A stretch of DNA of 64,000 bases. Source: Verrucomicrobiota bacterium (GTDB taxonomy: Bacteria > Verrucomicrobiota > Verrucomicrobiia > Opitutales > Cerasicoccaceae). The translations under genes were made by a program, and so were the position numbers. Under the pieces are notes generated by a model that was not told where the DNA came from, searched no databases, and worked only from the letters and a program-made list of their open reading frames with translations. Shown here piece by piece: positions 9,879 to 19,734 of the stretch; within the stretch, counting starts at the first letter, position 1, and each line of letters begins with the position of its first letter. The stretch is taken from contig JBCBUK010000005.1 of assembly GCA_039818205.1 (NCBI GenBank), positions 128,001 to 192,000 of the forward strand, given 5' to 3'.

Positions 9879-12112
9879 AAACCGATTGCTGTTCCAATTT
9901 GATAGACCATAACGGCCCCAACCCAGGCAAGCAAGGTCATCGAGAAGAAACTTCCCGCCGCCCAACGCCAGCTGAGCTCCTTGGCGATCACGGCAACCGT
10001 AGCCCCACACTGCTGACAAAGCGCGAAAAACACCATGATCGCTAGAGCGACTGGCAGCGTAAAGATGGACTGCCCGGCCCGCTCGCCCTCCTGCCACTTC
10101 GCATTAGCCAAGGTTGACTTCAGATCGGGCGACTCTTCGTCCACATCCCCACCGAGGCTGTAGATGATCCCAAGGGTCGAAATGATGACCTCCCGGGCTG
10201 GAAAACTCGCTACGACGCCCACAGTAATCTTCCAATCAAAGCCCGCCAGCGCGAATACCGGCTGAATCGCTTTACCGACGCGAGCCATGATACTCTGGTT
10301 GATGTAGGCACTGTCGATTGCGTGGCCCAGCTCAATCGAAATATCCGATTCCGGGTCTGCCAGTAGAGCTTCGATCTCTTCAACTGAGTCTGGATTCGCC
10401 GCAATCTGTTGGCTAACAAAGTTTCTCGCAACGTCCTCCGCTAAGGCGTCTGGGCGAGGGAAATAAAGCATCGCCCAAACGATCACCGTAATTGCTAAGA
10501 TAATCGTGCCCGCACGCTCGACGAATTCACGCCCTGCCTGCCACATCCGATAAAGTACATCGGCCAAACGGGGTACCCGGTACGGCGGCATCTCAATTAG
10601 GAACGGCTGTGGCTTCGTTTTGACAACAAACTTGGTCAGAATCCAGGCAGCAGGAACGGCCAAAGCCAAGCCGAGCAGGTGCATCACGAATAGAACCAAG
10701 CCCGCAATAAATGGGCCATAAACAGGCTCAACAAAGGCTCCGATCAACAATACGTACACCGGTAGCCGAGCCGAACAACTCATCAAGGGCGCAACCAGAA
10801 TCGTGACCAGTCGTGCCTTGGGGTCTTCAATCGTACGTGTCGCCAGAATGCCTGGAATGGCACAAGCGTAGCTGGACAGCATCGGGACGAAGCTCTTTCC
10901 ATTGAGCCCGCACCAGCCAAATAACCGATCCATCAGGAACGCAGCACGCGCCATGTAGCCCGTATCCTCAAGCAGCGAAATGAAGAAGAACAGGATAAGG
11001 ATCTGCGGAAGGAAAATAACAAAAGCACCCACGCCCTCAATCACGCCATCCGCGACCAGAGACTGCAGCATTGGGTAGGCCGACAGCCAGCCACCAACGA
11101 TCCCCTGCACCCAACTCTTGCCGGCGTCGATAACATCCATCAACGGACCTGCCCAGGTGTAGACCGATTGGAAAACCAGATACATGAGTGACGCAAAGGC
11201 CACCAGACCCCAGCCACGATGCAGCAGCAGCCGATCGATCGACTCGCTCTTACGCTCCTTTTCTTCCCCCGCCTGGCCGATGACGCCATCAAGGATCTTA
11301 TCCAAGTGCTTATAGCAAATGACGGCTTCGGCGGCCATGGGGTTGTAACCCAGCTTACGCAGCTTCTCACGCCCCGAACTAATCGCCGCCCGGACGGAAT
11401 CTTGGCCAGATTCAACGCGATTCATCACGGCGGAACTGGCATCGAACAGCATCCGTCGAATCTCAAGCTCGGTAAGCGGAAAGGTCGTGTGGCCCTCCGT
11501 GGCAAATTGGATGTCTTTAACGGCGACATTGACCTCTTCTGGCCACTTGATGGGCGCCATACAACGCTCCTGGAAAAAGGCCCGACCGATCGCCTCACGC
11601 AGCTCGGCAACTCCAATACCTTTTCGGCCCACCGTCGAAACGATCGGCACTCCTAAGCGCTTTTCAAGCTCCTCAACATCAATAGTTTGGCCACGTGCCT
11701 CGAGTGAATCCCAGAGATTCAGGGCAATGACCATGGGAATTCCCAGCTCGGCAATCTGCAATGCGAGGAACAGATTCCGCTTTAAATTGGTGGCATCAAC
11801 GACGCACACCACGGCGTCGGGGCGCTCCATGCCAGGCAAGTGGCCACTGAGCACATCAACGGCAACACGCTCGTCCAGCGAACTGGCAGAGAGGCTGTAG
11901 GCACCCGGCAAATCAATGAGGGTCGCCTGGCCCATCGGCAAATGAACGGTCCCCAGTTTCTTTTCAACGGTGACACCCGGGTAGTTTCCAACCCGCTGAC
12001 GCATGCCGGTTAGGCAATTGAACAGCGATGTCTTGCCGGTGTTTGGATTGCCAATCAAGGCAATCTGCTTAACGCCCGATTTAGACGGAGATTTTGGGGT
12101 CGCAGTGGCCAC
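9875..12112 (-). CDS. feoB: Ferrous iron transporter FeoB
   Basis: GTPase motifs GNPNTGKT, NYPGVT, DLPG; membrane domain with LEDTGYMARAAF, MSCSARLP, EMPPYR. Confidence 0.96.
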   Translation of the reverse strand: MATATPKSPSKSGVKQIALIGNPNTGKTSLFNCLTGMRQRVGNYPGVTVEKKLGTVHLPMGQATLIDLPGAYSLSASSLDERVAVDVLSGHLPGMERPDAVVCVVDATNLKRNLFLALQIAELGIPMVIALNLWDSLEARGQTIDVEELEKRLGVPIVSTVGRKGIGVAELREAIGRAFFQERCMAPIKWPEEVNVAVKDIQFATEGHTTFPLTELEIRRMLFDASSAVMNRVESGQDSVRAAISSGREKLRKLGYNPMAAEAVICYKHLDKILDGVIGQAGEEKERKSESIDRLLLHRGWGLVAFASLMYLVFQSVYTWAGPLMDVIDAGKSWVQGIVGGWLSAYPMLQSLVADGVIEGVGAFVIFLPQILILFFFISLLEDTGYMARAAFLMDRLFGWCGLNGKSFVPMLSSYACAIPGILATRTIEDPKARLVTILVAPLMSCSARLPVYVLLIGAFVEPVYGPFIAGLVLFVMHLLGLALAVPAAWILTKFVVKTKPQPFLIEMPPYRVPRLADVLYRMWQAGREFVERAGTIILAITVIVWAMLYFPRPDALAEDVARNFVSQQIAANPDSVEEIEALLADPESDISIELGHAIDSAYINQSIMARVGKAIQPVFALAGFDWKITVGVVASFPAREVIISTLGIIYSLGGDVDEESPDLKSTLANAKWQEGERAGQSIFTLPVALAIMVFFALCQQCGATVAVIAKELSWRWAAGSFFSMTLLAWVGAVMVYQIGTAIGL

Positions 12113-12149
12113 TACTTAGACGCGCCCATGCGCGATTGCAGGGAAACGA

Positions 12150-12380
12150 TTAAACCGCCAACGGCTCTACCTCAACAGTAGCCGCCTCTCGACGGCGCAG
12201 GCTGATTTTCTGGCCCGCGAAACTGATTGCAATCGGGTCCCCAAGGGGTGCGACTTGCGCGAGCTGAACGATCTGCCCTGGCAACAAACCGAAATTAGCC
12301 AAGCGCTGGCCAATCGATTGTTCAAAGTTAACCATGGTTACACGGCAATGACTTCCGGGCTTAATTTCGTCGAGTCTCAT
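12150..12380 (-). CDS. feoA: Ferrous iron transport protein FeoA
   Basis: 76 aa, RLANFGLLPG...APLGDP...ISLRRREA; directly upstream of feoB. Confidence 0.93.
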   Translation of the reverse strand: MRLDEIKPGSHCRVTMVNFEQSIGQRLANFGLLPGQIVQLAQVAPLGDPIAISFAGQKISLRRREAATVEVEPLAV

Positions 12381-12394
12381 GATGCTTGTGTAGG

Positions 12395-12431
12395 AATTGT
12401 GCCTGAGTGAAAACGAGTCTCAAGCACAATT
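12395..12431. promoter_or_regulatory. Inverted repeat containing a Fur-like box upstream of feoA
   Basis: 13-bp arms AATTGTGCCTGAG / CTCAAGCACAATT (one mismatch). 12408-12422 reads TGAGACTCGTTTTCA on the minus strand, 12/15 to the 7-1-7 form TGAGAATCATTCTCA. Confidence 0.5.
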
Positions 12432-12497
12432 GTGACATTTCGACGTTATTATTCCATTCATTAATACAAGCTAGTAGCAGGCCTTCAAACTGAGAAA

Positions 12498-12956
12498 TTA
12501 GGCGGCTGGGAACCACTGATAGAGGAAAAAATAGACCAATACTCCCGTTACGCTAACGTAATACCAGGCAGGAAAGGTCCACTTTGCCCAGGCGCGATGC
12601 TTTTCGAATCGGCCCTTAAAGGCATGGAACAAGGTTATGAAAATGAGCGGGACAATCACCATCGCCAGTAAGACGTGGGTCAGAAGCATCGGATAGTAGA
12701 TCCACTGCCAAATTCCCTCCCCCGCAAACTTGGTATTCACGGCCTCACCCGCTGAATTTTTGAGGTATTTGTGGTAGAGATACCCAACGAGAAAAATGGT
12801 CGAAACGGAAAAGGCGCTCAGCATGCAAATCCGGTGGGCATTCTTGTTGGCTGCGCGGTTTTTTCGGATCAGCACAAAACCAATCGTCAAGAGAACAGTC
12901 GCCAGTGCATTGAGCGACGCGTTGATGGCGGGTAAGGTATGGAGAAGATCGGACAT
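12498..12956 (-). CDS. DUF420 membrane protein (CtaM-like oxidase assembly factor)
   Basis: LPAINASLN, AHRICM, LLTHVLLA, HRAWAKWTFPAWYYVSVTGVLVY; ATG start taken at 12956. Confidence 0.85.
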   Translation of the reverse strand: MSDLLHTLPAINASLNALATVLLTIGFVLIRKNRAANKNAHRICMLSAFSVSTIFLVGYLYHKYLKNSAGEAVNTKFAGEGIWQWIYYPMLLTHVLLAMVIVPLIFITLFHAFKGRFEKHRAWAKWTFPAWYYVSVTGVLVYFFLYQWFPAA

Positions 12957-12997
12957 AACGCTGAAACCAGTAAGCCGATGCCAAAGCCCCTCCAAGA

Positions 12998-13795
12998 TTG
13001 CAACTCACAAGCTTAAAAAAATTCAATGATCCCGACTTGAATCAGCGAGACGAGGCGGAGGAAGTGATATTTACAAATGTGCCCCTGACCCGAAAGTTGC
13101 TGATGCCGCTTGCGCTAGTGACAATCGTCCACGGACTGATTGCCAATGACCGCCGCATCGCCCCGAGAACGACCCAAGATCCGGTACAAATTTTGCCCGA
13201 TTATCAACTGGTCGGCGTACTTGAAATGGCCGATCGCCCAACCGAAGTTATCGTCCTGCGCCTTGAAGATGGTCAACTTTTCCAGGCAATGGAGGGCAGC
13301 ATGCTCGACTCCTACAAAGTTGAGCGAATCATTACCCAACATGGACTCGCGCGGGCCGAGGTAAAACGAATTGGTGAACGCTATCAAATTTCCATGAAGA
13401 CGCGGGCACCTGAGCCGTTCTCGCTCACGCCGCTGCAACAGTCCTTCAAAGACGGTTACATTGACCACGAGGGGCGGCTTACCGATCTCGGACGAGCGGC
13501 CATCACGGCCAAACTTAAACGACTGGCCCGAACCGGTGGCTACTACATGGAATACGTAGACCAGAATACTTTCGTGATCAACGTATCCACGATGCGAAAG
13601 AAGTCCTCCGAACTTGGCCATTGGGATGGCGCTGCCGATCCCTTTGCTCCGCCATCACCATCGAACAGCACGCTGAACAAGCTCTGCGAATCGATTGCCG
13701 GAGAGACCTATGACGATCTTATAATTTCATCGACTGGAGGCGACCTGTCGGTGACTACCAACTTTGGCGAAACGATTTCAATCAAATACGAATAA
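12998..13795 (+). CDS. Hypothetical exported protein; N-terminal part weakly resembles a PilP/GspC-type beta domain
   Basis: 265-aa ORF filling the gap between flanking genes. Hydrophobic stretch LLMPLALVTIVHGLIA, then YQLVGVL...G..LDSYKVERI. True start uncertain and probably downstream. Confidence 0.55.
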   Translation: MQLTSLKKFNDPDLNQRDEAEEVIFTNVPLTRKLLMPLALVTIVHGLIANDRRIAPRTTQDPVQILPDYQLVGVLEMADRPTEVIVLRLEDGQLFQAMEGSMLDSYKVERIITQHGLARAEVKRIGERYQISMKTRAPEPFSLTPLQQSFKDGYIDHEGRLTDLGRAAITAKLKRLARTGGYYMEYVDQNTFVINVSTMRKKSSELGHWDGAADPFAPPSPSNSTLNKLCESIAGETYDDLIISSTGGDLSVTTNFGETISIKYE

Positions 13796-13829
13796 GAAGA
13801 CTGCGAGAGACGCGCGAATCCAAACCACC

Positions 13830-15446
13830 TCACGGCGCGTGCACACGAATCGTTATGTCATCAATGGCATTGTCCCAGAGCGTTCCTCCGGGGTTCTGTG
13901 CGGTTTCCGTCGGGCCGTGCCAAACAATCTCATCGATTGGCAACGCGAGACTACCAGTAGTCGCCGTATTATATCGAACAAAACCAACATCGTTCGTCGG
14001 ATCAATCGTCCACATAACCGCACCATTCGCGAGGCCTTCAAGATAGACTGAATCTGGCTGTGCGCCCTCTTCCGCGCGTATATTGATCGACACCAATTGA
14101 ATCTGCACTGGCTGATTACTGAGCTCAAAGCGAAGCGTTCCATCAACCGCATCTTGCGCATAGTTCGCTTTGAAGCCATAGCCGTTGGCACCACCAAATC
14201 CGTCACCGCCATCATTCGCCGCGGTCCGGCCACCAGCAATCATGGTGACGCCGTTATTAGTCTCCGTCTGATTGTAGGCAACCCACCAATCACCCGAATG
14301 CTCCTCCCAATCGAAGGTCGCGTAAGTCGCCCCGAGCTGGGCATCACGCAAGGCGAAGAACTCTAGGTCCTTCGTCATCGGATACTGAACGGATACCATG
14401 CCCTGCTCATCAAATTGCAATCCGGTCACCACCGCTGCCCAGTTTGCCAACGGCACAGTCAACTGCTCGCTTGCAACCAGGTCTACGAGCGAAAATGGCA
14501 CGCCTTCCCCGAAGGCCAACTGAATCTCCTGACCCGAGGTTTCAATATCAGCCAGCACCTTTTTGGGGACGGGTTTGTACATGCGAATCCAATCCACCAG
14601 GTAGGTGTTGCGCGCTGGATCGAGCAGTTCCGCATCAGTCGGCGTCACCCCATTGTCGGATCTCCAATCCTGATCCTCCGTATCCATAATAATGTGCATC
14701 GGCTTGCTCAGGCCGGTACCGTTGGTGTAGCCCCGAGGGTCGATGATCGATTCACCGGAAACTGTCCTAACATGGACCCCATTGATGTAGTATTCAAGGT
14801 GCCAGGGATCTCGCCAATACATCCCATAACGGTGAAACCCGTCTGCCCAGATAGTGCCATCACGATACCAAGTGCCCGCATCCAAGGGCTGGTAGTCTTG
14901 AAAGGGGTTGCGAATAAAAACATGATGGCTGATGTGAACTCGCTCAGCCCACCACGTCTGATCCGGCCGATCGGAACCATAGGCTTCCAATGTATCAATC
15001 TCCTCAGTCGAATCGGCACTAAGGAGCCAGGCAGCCGAAGCCATCGTCAACGTATTGACCTTGGCACAAACCTCCATGTATAGCGGATACTCAAACGCCC
15101 CATGCGACGAAATGCAGCCCGCGTAGATTTCCTGGGTCCCGGGCTTCCGAGCCACTCGGATCACGAGATTGCCACCTTCGACCGATGAATAGGTTGGATT
15201 CCACTCAGTCAACCCCGGCCCCATCCAATTATTGATGAAGCTCGGCCGCCAACGGCTATTGAACTCCTCCGATTTTCCGACCGCAGGCGCGCTATAATTG
15301 AAATCATCAGAAACGGGAAGGAGCTGCCACTCCTTTCCAACACCAGGATCGGCTGGGACCGGATATGGGTCCCAATCGGCGGCGGCGACCCAATCTGGGC
15401 CGACCAGCAGCAACAATAGCGCTGGCAACAAGGCTTTTCTAAACAT
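13830..15446 (-). CDS. Secreted GH16 beta-agarase with C-terminal accessory domains
   Basis: Signal peptide; [11 protein letters not shown]...SDDFNY; catalytic [31 protein letters not shown], all typical of GH16 beta-agarases. Confidence 0.9.
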   Translation of the reverse strand: MFRKALLPALLLLLVGPDWVAAADWDPYPVPADPGVGKEWQLLPVSDDFNYSAPAVGKSEEFNSRWRPSFINNWMGPGLTEWNPTYSSVEGGNLVIRVARKPGTQEIYAGCISSHGAFEYPLYMEVCAKVNTLTMASAAWLLSADSTEEIDTLEAYGSDRPDQTWWAERVHISHHVFIRNPFQDYQPLDAGTWYRDGTIWADGFHRYGMYWRDPWHLEYYINGVHVRTVSGESIIDPRGYTNGTGLSKPMHIIMDTEDQDWRSDNGVTPTDAELLDPARNTYLVDWIRMYKPVPKKVLADIETSGQEIQLAFGEGVPFSLVDLVASEQLTVPLANWAAVVTGLQFDEQGMVSVQYPMTKDLEFFALRDAQLGATYATFDWEEHSGDWWVAYNQTETNNGVTMIAGGRTAANDGGDGFGGANGYGFKANYAQDAVDGTLRFELSNQPVQIQLVSINIRAEEGAQPDSVYLEGLANGAVMWTIDPTNDVGFVRYNTATTGSLALPIDEIVWHGPTETAQNPGGTLWDNAIDDITIRVHAP

Positions 15447-15783
15447 CTTAGGGGAGTACGGAGGCGGGTGTGATTAGCGTGGGGTAACAGATATCGACAG
15501 CTCAAAAGCAGACCATCAGTCATGCATTATTTGGTATATTTTGATCATCACCCTACCAGAAGTCAATCTGATCCATGATTCATTTTTCTAATTAAATCAA
15601 TACTCCAAGCCCAATCAACCTCCCACAGACGTCAACTTTACTCAAGCAAAACATGTTCATTACGGTCGAATCACCCTCATACCAAAGCAGCCATTCGAGG
15701 GGAGGATAGCTCAACCCCCAAAGTATGAATTAAATTCACTCAAAAACCCCTATTGATTTGGAAAATTTATACAATGAGCGGTT

Positions 15784-15799
15784 TGGCATGCCAATGGCT
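15784..15799 (+). promoter_or_regulatory. Candidate sigma-54 (-24/-12) promoter of nirB
   Basis: TGGCATGCCAATGGCT places GG and GC at canonical spacing, about 315 nt upstream of the nirB ATG. Confidence 0.4.
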
Positions 15800-16114
15800 C
15801 TATCATTCTAGGTATTCCAATGTCGACCGAGTAGTCGGTCACGGAACGCGATACAAACCCCTAAACCCTAAGAAAATTCTACTTTCTTCCGCATCCAATC
15901 CATCTCGTGCGATCTTCCGCTTTCCTCAGTCCGAGCCATCCAAGACAATTGAAGGCGGTCGCAATGTGGCCTTGGCCTGGATAGATGCGTAAATTTGACC
16001 ACTAAAGCGTCCGGATTTTCATGAAAAAATTTCATTAATTAGTCGGCCGCTTTCTCATTTCGAATCAAACCGATTTCCCGAAGATCCAACTCCCGAACAC
16101 ACCTCGATTAAGCA

Positions 16115-19096
16115 ATGAGCAAACACCAGAAAACAATCGTCGTTATTGGCCACGGCATGGTAGGCCACCGTTTTTGCGAACGGATGGTTCAGTTCGATGA
16201 ATCGCAAACCTACCGCATTGTCACGTTCTGCGAAGAGTCCCGTGCCGCCTACGACCGCGTGGGCCTGACTGCATTTTTTGCGCATCGTGACGCCGAGCAA
16301 CTGATGCTCGCCCGCATGGAGTGGTACCAGGAAAAAGGCATCGAACTTCACGTCGGGGATCGAGCCGAAAAGATCGACCGTGAGCGCAAGGTGGTTAAGT
16401 CCGCCAAAGGAGTAGAGATCGAATACGACATCGTGGTCCTGGCAACCGGCTCATATCCCTTTGTTCCACCCATCCCAGGTGTCGAGAAAACCGGCGTTTT
16501 CGTTTATCGAACCATTGAGGACCTCGAGCAAATCATCGCGTATGGTGGCACCGTCGAAAAAGCGGCTGTCATTGGCGGCGGCCTCTTGGGCCTTGAGGCA
16601 GCGAAAGCGGCTTTCGACTTAGGATTGGAAACACATGTTATTGAGTTTGCCCCGCGATTGATGCCACGCCAAGTCGACGAGGCCGGCTCCCGGATCTTAA
16701 AGGACAAGATCGAGGAACTCGGCGTAAAGGTTCATCTCGGCACAGCAACGGACAAGGTGCTGGGCAACGGCTCGGTCAGTGGCATGACGTTTAAGGACGG
16801 CGGCGAGCTCGACGTCGGCATGATTATCGTGTCAGCTGGCATTCGCCCACGCGATGAGCTGGCGAAAGACTGTGGCCTTGAGCTCGGCCCACGTGGTGGC
16901 GTCATGATTGACGACGAGTTGCGCACTAGCGATCCCTCGATATTTGCTATAGGCGAAGTCGCACTGCATAAAAACGTCGTCTACGGGCTCGTGGCTCCAG
17001 GCTACGAAATGGCTGAGTCCCTCGCCGCCAATCTCTGTGGAGCCACCCGGAGCTTCGCAGGCGCAGACATGTCCACCAAGCTCAAACTGATGGGCGTTGA
17101 TGTCGCGAGCTTCGGCGACTATGAATCCGGCCCCGATGCAGCCACTTCTCTGGTGGCTGAGGATCCGTTCTCCGGAAAATATAAGAAACTGTTTTTCTCT
17201 AAGGATGGTAAGAAGCTAGTCGGTGGTATCCTTGTCGGTGACGCCTCGGAATACGGAACCCTTTCCGCCTTTGCCAAAGCCGGTGACGACCTTCCCGCCG
17301 CGCCCAGCGACATCATGGGCCTCAACGGCGGTTCTGCTGCTGCGCTTGGCGGCGTTGAAGCAATGCCACCATCCGCCCAAATCTGCTCCTGCAACAATGT
17401 TTCCAAGCAGGATATCTGCGATGCGATTGAACAGCAGGAGCTCGACTCACCGGGCGCCATCAAATCCTGTACCACGGCGGGCACTGGCTGTGGTGGCTGC
17501 ATGCCCTTGGTTACTGATTTGTTCAACGCCGAGATGAAACGGCTGGGTCGGACGATTAATAAGAATCTCTGCGAGCACTTCGCTTACACTCGGCAGGAGC
17601 TCTTTGATATCTGCAAGGTCAAGAAGATCGACAACTTTGAAGAATTGCTGGCCCAATACGGTAAGGGTGACGGCTGTGAAGTCTGCAAACCAACGGCTGC
17701 CTCCATCTTTGCGAGTCTTTTCAACGACACTATTATCGACCCGAAACACGCGACCCTTCAGGACACCAATGACCGCTTCCTCGCCAATATGCAGCGGGGT
17801 GGGCTCTACTCGGTCGTGCCACGAGTGCCGGGTGGCGAAATTACGCCCGATAAGCTCATCGTGCTTGGACAGGTCGCCAAAAAGTATGGCCTCTACACCA
17901 AGATCACCGGTGGTCAGCGGGTCGATCTGTTTGGCGCACGCATGCAGGACCTTCCCTCGATTTGGGAGGAACTTATTGAAGCCGGCTTTGAATCCGGGCA
18001 TGCCTACGGCAAAGCGCTGCGAACCGTAAAAAGCTGCGTAGGGACTTCGTGGTGCCGCTTTGGTGTGCAGGACGCCGTCAAGTTTGCGATTGAAGTTGAG
18101 GAGCGTTACCGCGGCATTCGCGCGCCCCATAAAATCAAGATGGCAGTCTCAGGTTGCACCCGAGAATGCGCCGAGGCTCAATCGAAGGACATCGGCTTGA
18201 TCGCCACCGAAACCGGCTACAACCTATACGTGTCAGGCAACGGAGGAACCAAGCCGCGCCATGGAGATTTAATTGCGACCGACCTTAGTGAAGCACGAGC
18301 CATCCAACTGATTGATCGCTTCATGATGTTCTACATCCAGACCGCCGATCGCTTGACGCGCACGAGTGTCTGGCTGGAGAAACTTGAGGGCGGGCTCGAA
18401 TACCTGAAATCAGTGATCATCGACGATAAGCTCGGCATTTGTGAGGAGCTCGAGAAACAGATGCAGTTCTTAGTCGACACCTATCGTTGCGAATGGAAGG
18501 CGGTGGTCGAGGACCCCGAAAAGCGCAAGATGTTCAAACAGTTTGTGAACTCCGACGAGAGCGAGCCCATCATCGAGATGGTCGATGAGCGTGGACAGAG
18601 GCGCCCTGAGTATTGGTCAAAGGTTGGCGGCGACGTTCAAAAACTCATGGTCGACGATCAGGAATTCAGCCAGGTCCGCACACAAACAGCGACTCGCGAG
18701 GTGACGGTGGGCAAGGTCGAAGATTTTCCGGTCAACGGTGGTGCCGCTGTCAAGGTTGGCAAAACCCAGATTGCCGTCTTCAACTTTGAAAGCCGTGGCA
18801 AGTGGTATGCGACCCAAAACATGTGTCCGCACAAGAAAGCCTTCGTACTGTCGCGGGGTATCATCGGAACTCAAGATGAGATTCCAAAGGTCTCCTGCCC
18901 ATTGCATAAAAAGAACTTTAGCTTGGAGTCAGGCGAATGTATCAGCGGTGAAGACTACAGCATCGAGACATTCCCAATCACTATCCGCGGAGACGATGTT
19001 GTCATCGAACTACCGGCCGAAGAGGTGTTGGATGCTGCCCTATCGACCGCGAACTTCTGCAGCGCTGGTTGCTCGTCAGGTTGCGCGAGCTCTTAG
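16115..19096 (+). CDS. nirB: NAD(P)H-dependent siroheme nitrite reductase, NirB fused to a NirD Rieske domain
   Basis: FAD (VIGHGMVG) and NAD (IGGGLLGLE) motifs, two BFD-like Cys clusters, siroheme/4Fe-4S ligands CVGTSWC and SGCTREC, C-terminal Rieske CPH...CPLH. Confidence 0.95.
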   Translation: MSKHQKTIVVIGHGMVGHRFCERMVQFDESQTYRIVTFCEESRAAYDRVGLTAFFAHRDAEQLMLARMEWYQEKGIELHVGDRAEKIDRERKVVKSAKGVEIEYDIVVLATGSYPFVPPIPGVEKTGVFVYRTIEDLEQIIAYGGTVEKAAVIGGGLLGLEAAKAAFDLGLETHVIEFAPRLMPRQVDEAGSRILKDKIEELGVKVHLGTATDKVLGNGSVSGMTFKDGGELDVGMIIVSAGIRPRDELAKDCGLELGPRGGVMIDDELRTSDPSIFAIGEVALHKNVVYGLVAPGYEMAESLAANLCGATRSFAGADMSTKLKLMGVDVASFGDYESGPDAATSLVAEDPFSGKYKKLFFSKDGKKLVGGILVGDASEYGTLSAFAKAGDDLPAAPSDIMGLNGGSAAALGGVEAMPPSAQICSCNNVSKQDICDAIEQQELDSPGAIKSCTTAGTGCGGCMPLVTDLFNAEMKRLGRTINKNLCEHFAYTRQELFDICKVKKIDNFEELLAQYGKGDGCEVCKPTAASIFASLFNDTIIDPKHATLQDTNDRFLANMQRGGLYSVVPRVPGGEITPDKLIVLGQVAKKYGLYTKITGGQRVDLFGARMQDLPSIWEELIEAGFESGHAYGKALRTVKSCVGTSWCRFGVQDAVKFAIEVEERYRGIRAPHKIKMAVSGCTRECAEAQSKDIGLIATETGYNLYVSGNGGTKPRHGDLIATDLSEARAIQLIDRFMMFYIQTADRLTRTSVWLEKLEGGLEYLKSVIIDDKLGICEELEKQMQFLVDTYRCEWKAVVEDPEKRKMFKQFVNSDESEPIIEMVDERGQRRPEYWSKVGGDVQKLMVDDQEFSQVRTQTATREVTVGKVEDFPVNGGAAVKVGKTQIAVFNFESRGKWYATQNMCPHKKAFVLSRGIIGTQDEIPKVSCPLHKKNFSLESGECISGEDYSIETFPITIRGDDVVIELPAEEVLDAALSTANFCSAGCSSGCASS

Positions 19097-19734
19097 TCGT
19101 CCTCGATTCGGATAACGCCTCGCTTCAATCCTTTGACCACCGCATCCGTGCGGTCGGCCGCTCCAAGTTTGTTGCGGATATTCACCACGTGGAACTTAAC
19201 CGTCGGCAGGGATAAATCGAGGTGATCCGAGATCTCCTGATTACTCATGCCACCCGCAAGCGATTCCAACACCTCGACTTCACGATCCGTTAGGTCTTCG
19301 CCTTGGCTGCGCCGCTCGAGTTTTGCCGCTAACTTTGCCGGAAAGTATTGATTTCCCTCCGCGACCTCACGGAGCGCGTCCAAGATTACACTGACTTCAC
19401 CGGTCTTCTTTGTGAGGTAGCCCCGCACCCCGGCCTGAACCGCCTTCCAAATATCCTCCTCCGAATCAAAAATTGAGAGAAGAATGATCATGGCCTCTGG
19501 GTACTTAGATAGAATCGCCCGTGTGCATTCCACGCCATCCATCCCTGGCATTTGATAATCCATCGACACAACATCGGGACGCAGTGTATCGTAGAGGTCG
19601 ATCGCTTCCTCCCCACTGACCGCAGAACCGACCACTTCGAAGTCTGGCTCAATGGAAATGGTTTCGGACAGACCTCTTCGCAATAGCGCGTTATCGTCAA
19701 CCACAAGAACTCGGATAATTTGTTGGTCACTCAT
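19093..19734 (-). CDS. NarL/LuxR-family response regulator
   Basis: REC domain (VVDDN, SMDYQMP, GYLTK) and HTH-LuxR (LTDREVEVL...GMSNQEI...TVKFHV). Confidence 0.93.
   Translation of the reverse strand: MSDQQIIRVLVVDDNALLRRGLSETISIEPDFEVVGSAVSGEEAIDLYDTLRPDVVSMDYQMPGMDGVECTRAILSKYPEAMIILLSIFDSEEDIWKAVQAGVRGYLTKKTGEVSVILDALREVAEGNQYFPAKLAAKLERRSQGEDLTDREVEVLESLAGGMSNQEISDHLDLSLPTVKFHVVNIRNKLGAADRTDAVVKGLKRGVIRIEDD

Noticed and set aside
9879..10097. N-terminal part of the 118-aa ORF 9741-10097
   Set aside because: Overlaps the feoB 3' end; the plausible gene starts at the coupled ATG at 9878.
3913..12380. Iron-oxidation pathway analogous to the rusticyanin operon
   Set aside because: The cupredoxin looks azurin/auracyanin-like, Feo is an uptake system, and no Cyc2-like outer-membrane cytochrome is present.
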